Shown one piece after another: positions 14,211 through 14,265 of a stretch of 14,265 nt of DNA. Both the position numbers and the translations under genes were made by a program. The stretch spans positions 1 through 14,265 of the forward strand of contig CAWVRN010000049.1 in NCBI GenBank assembly GCA_963932905.1. Reading direction: 5' to 3'. This DNA is from an uncultured Bdellovibrio sp. Its GTDB lineage: Bacteria; Bdellovibrionota; Bdellovibrionia; Bdellovibrionales; Bdellovibrionaceae. The notes under the pieces are model-generated. The model did not search any database and was not told where the DNA came from. It was given only the letters and a program-made list of their open reading frames with translations. The first letter of the stretch is position 1. Each line of letters starts with the position of its first letter.

Positions 14211-14265
14211 AGATGAGATGAGATGAGATGAGATGAGATGAGATGAGATGAGATGAGATGAGATG
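14211..14265. repeat. Pentanucleotide microsatellite (AGATG)n, at least 11 perfect copies, truncated by the window end
   Basis: 55 nt of perfect AGATG units, preceded in register by the degenerate units AGCTC and AGGTC (14201-14210). Confidence 0.97.

Noticed and set aside
14057..14221. Possible ncRNA/riboswitch or 29-aa ORF (14132-14221) after the methyltransferase
   Set aside because: I could not recognise a tRNA, c-di-GMP or other riboswitch consensus, or a strong hairpin, and the small ORF lacks an RBS. An Rfam covariance search would be decisive.

Overview
AT-rich bacterial chromosomal window with 12 credible CDSs and no RNA genes, mobile elements or CRISPR array. The gene set suggests a Bdellovibrionota-like organism, but this is inference only. 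Gene order: fxsA(-), exonuclease III(-), circularly permuted ATP-grasp ligase(+), CorA(+), Tat-exported PhoD(+), secreted S1/P1 nuclease(-), divergent SelO/YdiU-like protein(+), alpha/beta hydrolase(-), S41 C-terminal protease(-), hldD/rfaD(+), long-form phenylalanine hydroxylase(+), TrmJ-like methyltransferase(+). A perfect (AGATG)11 microsatellite then runs off the window end. Five ORF-track starts are revised using RBS or promoter evidence. The most interesting item is the SelO-like protein. It keeps the AMPylase metal and nucleotide residues, but it has an Asp at the kinase catalytic-base position that SelO normally lacks, has lost the Lys-Glu pair, and has no C-terminal Cys/Sec motif. Also notable are a near-consensus sigma-54 promoter with a candidate enhancer palindrome upstream of the protease/esterase pair, and an orphan ATP-grasp ligase. 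I see no clear complete multi-gene novel system; most of the window looks like core genome.
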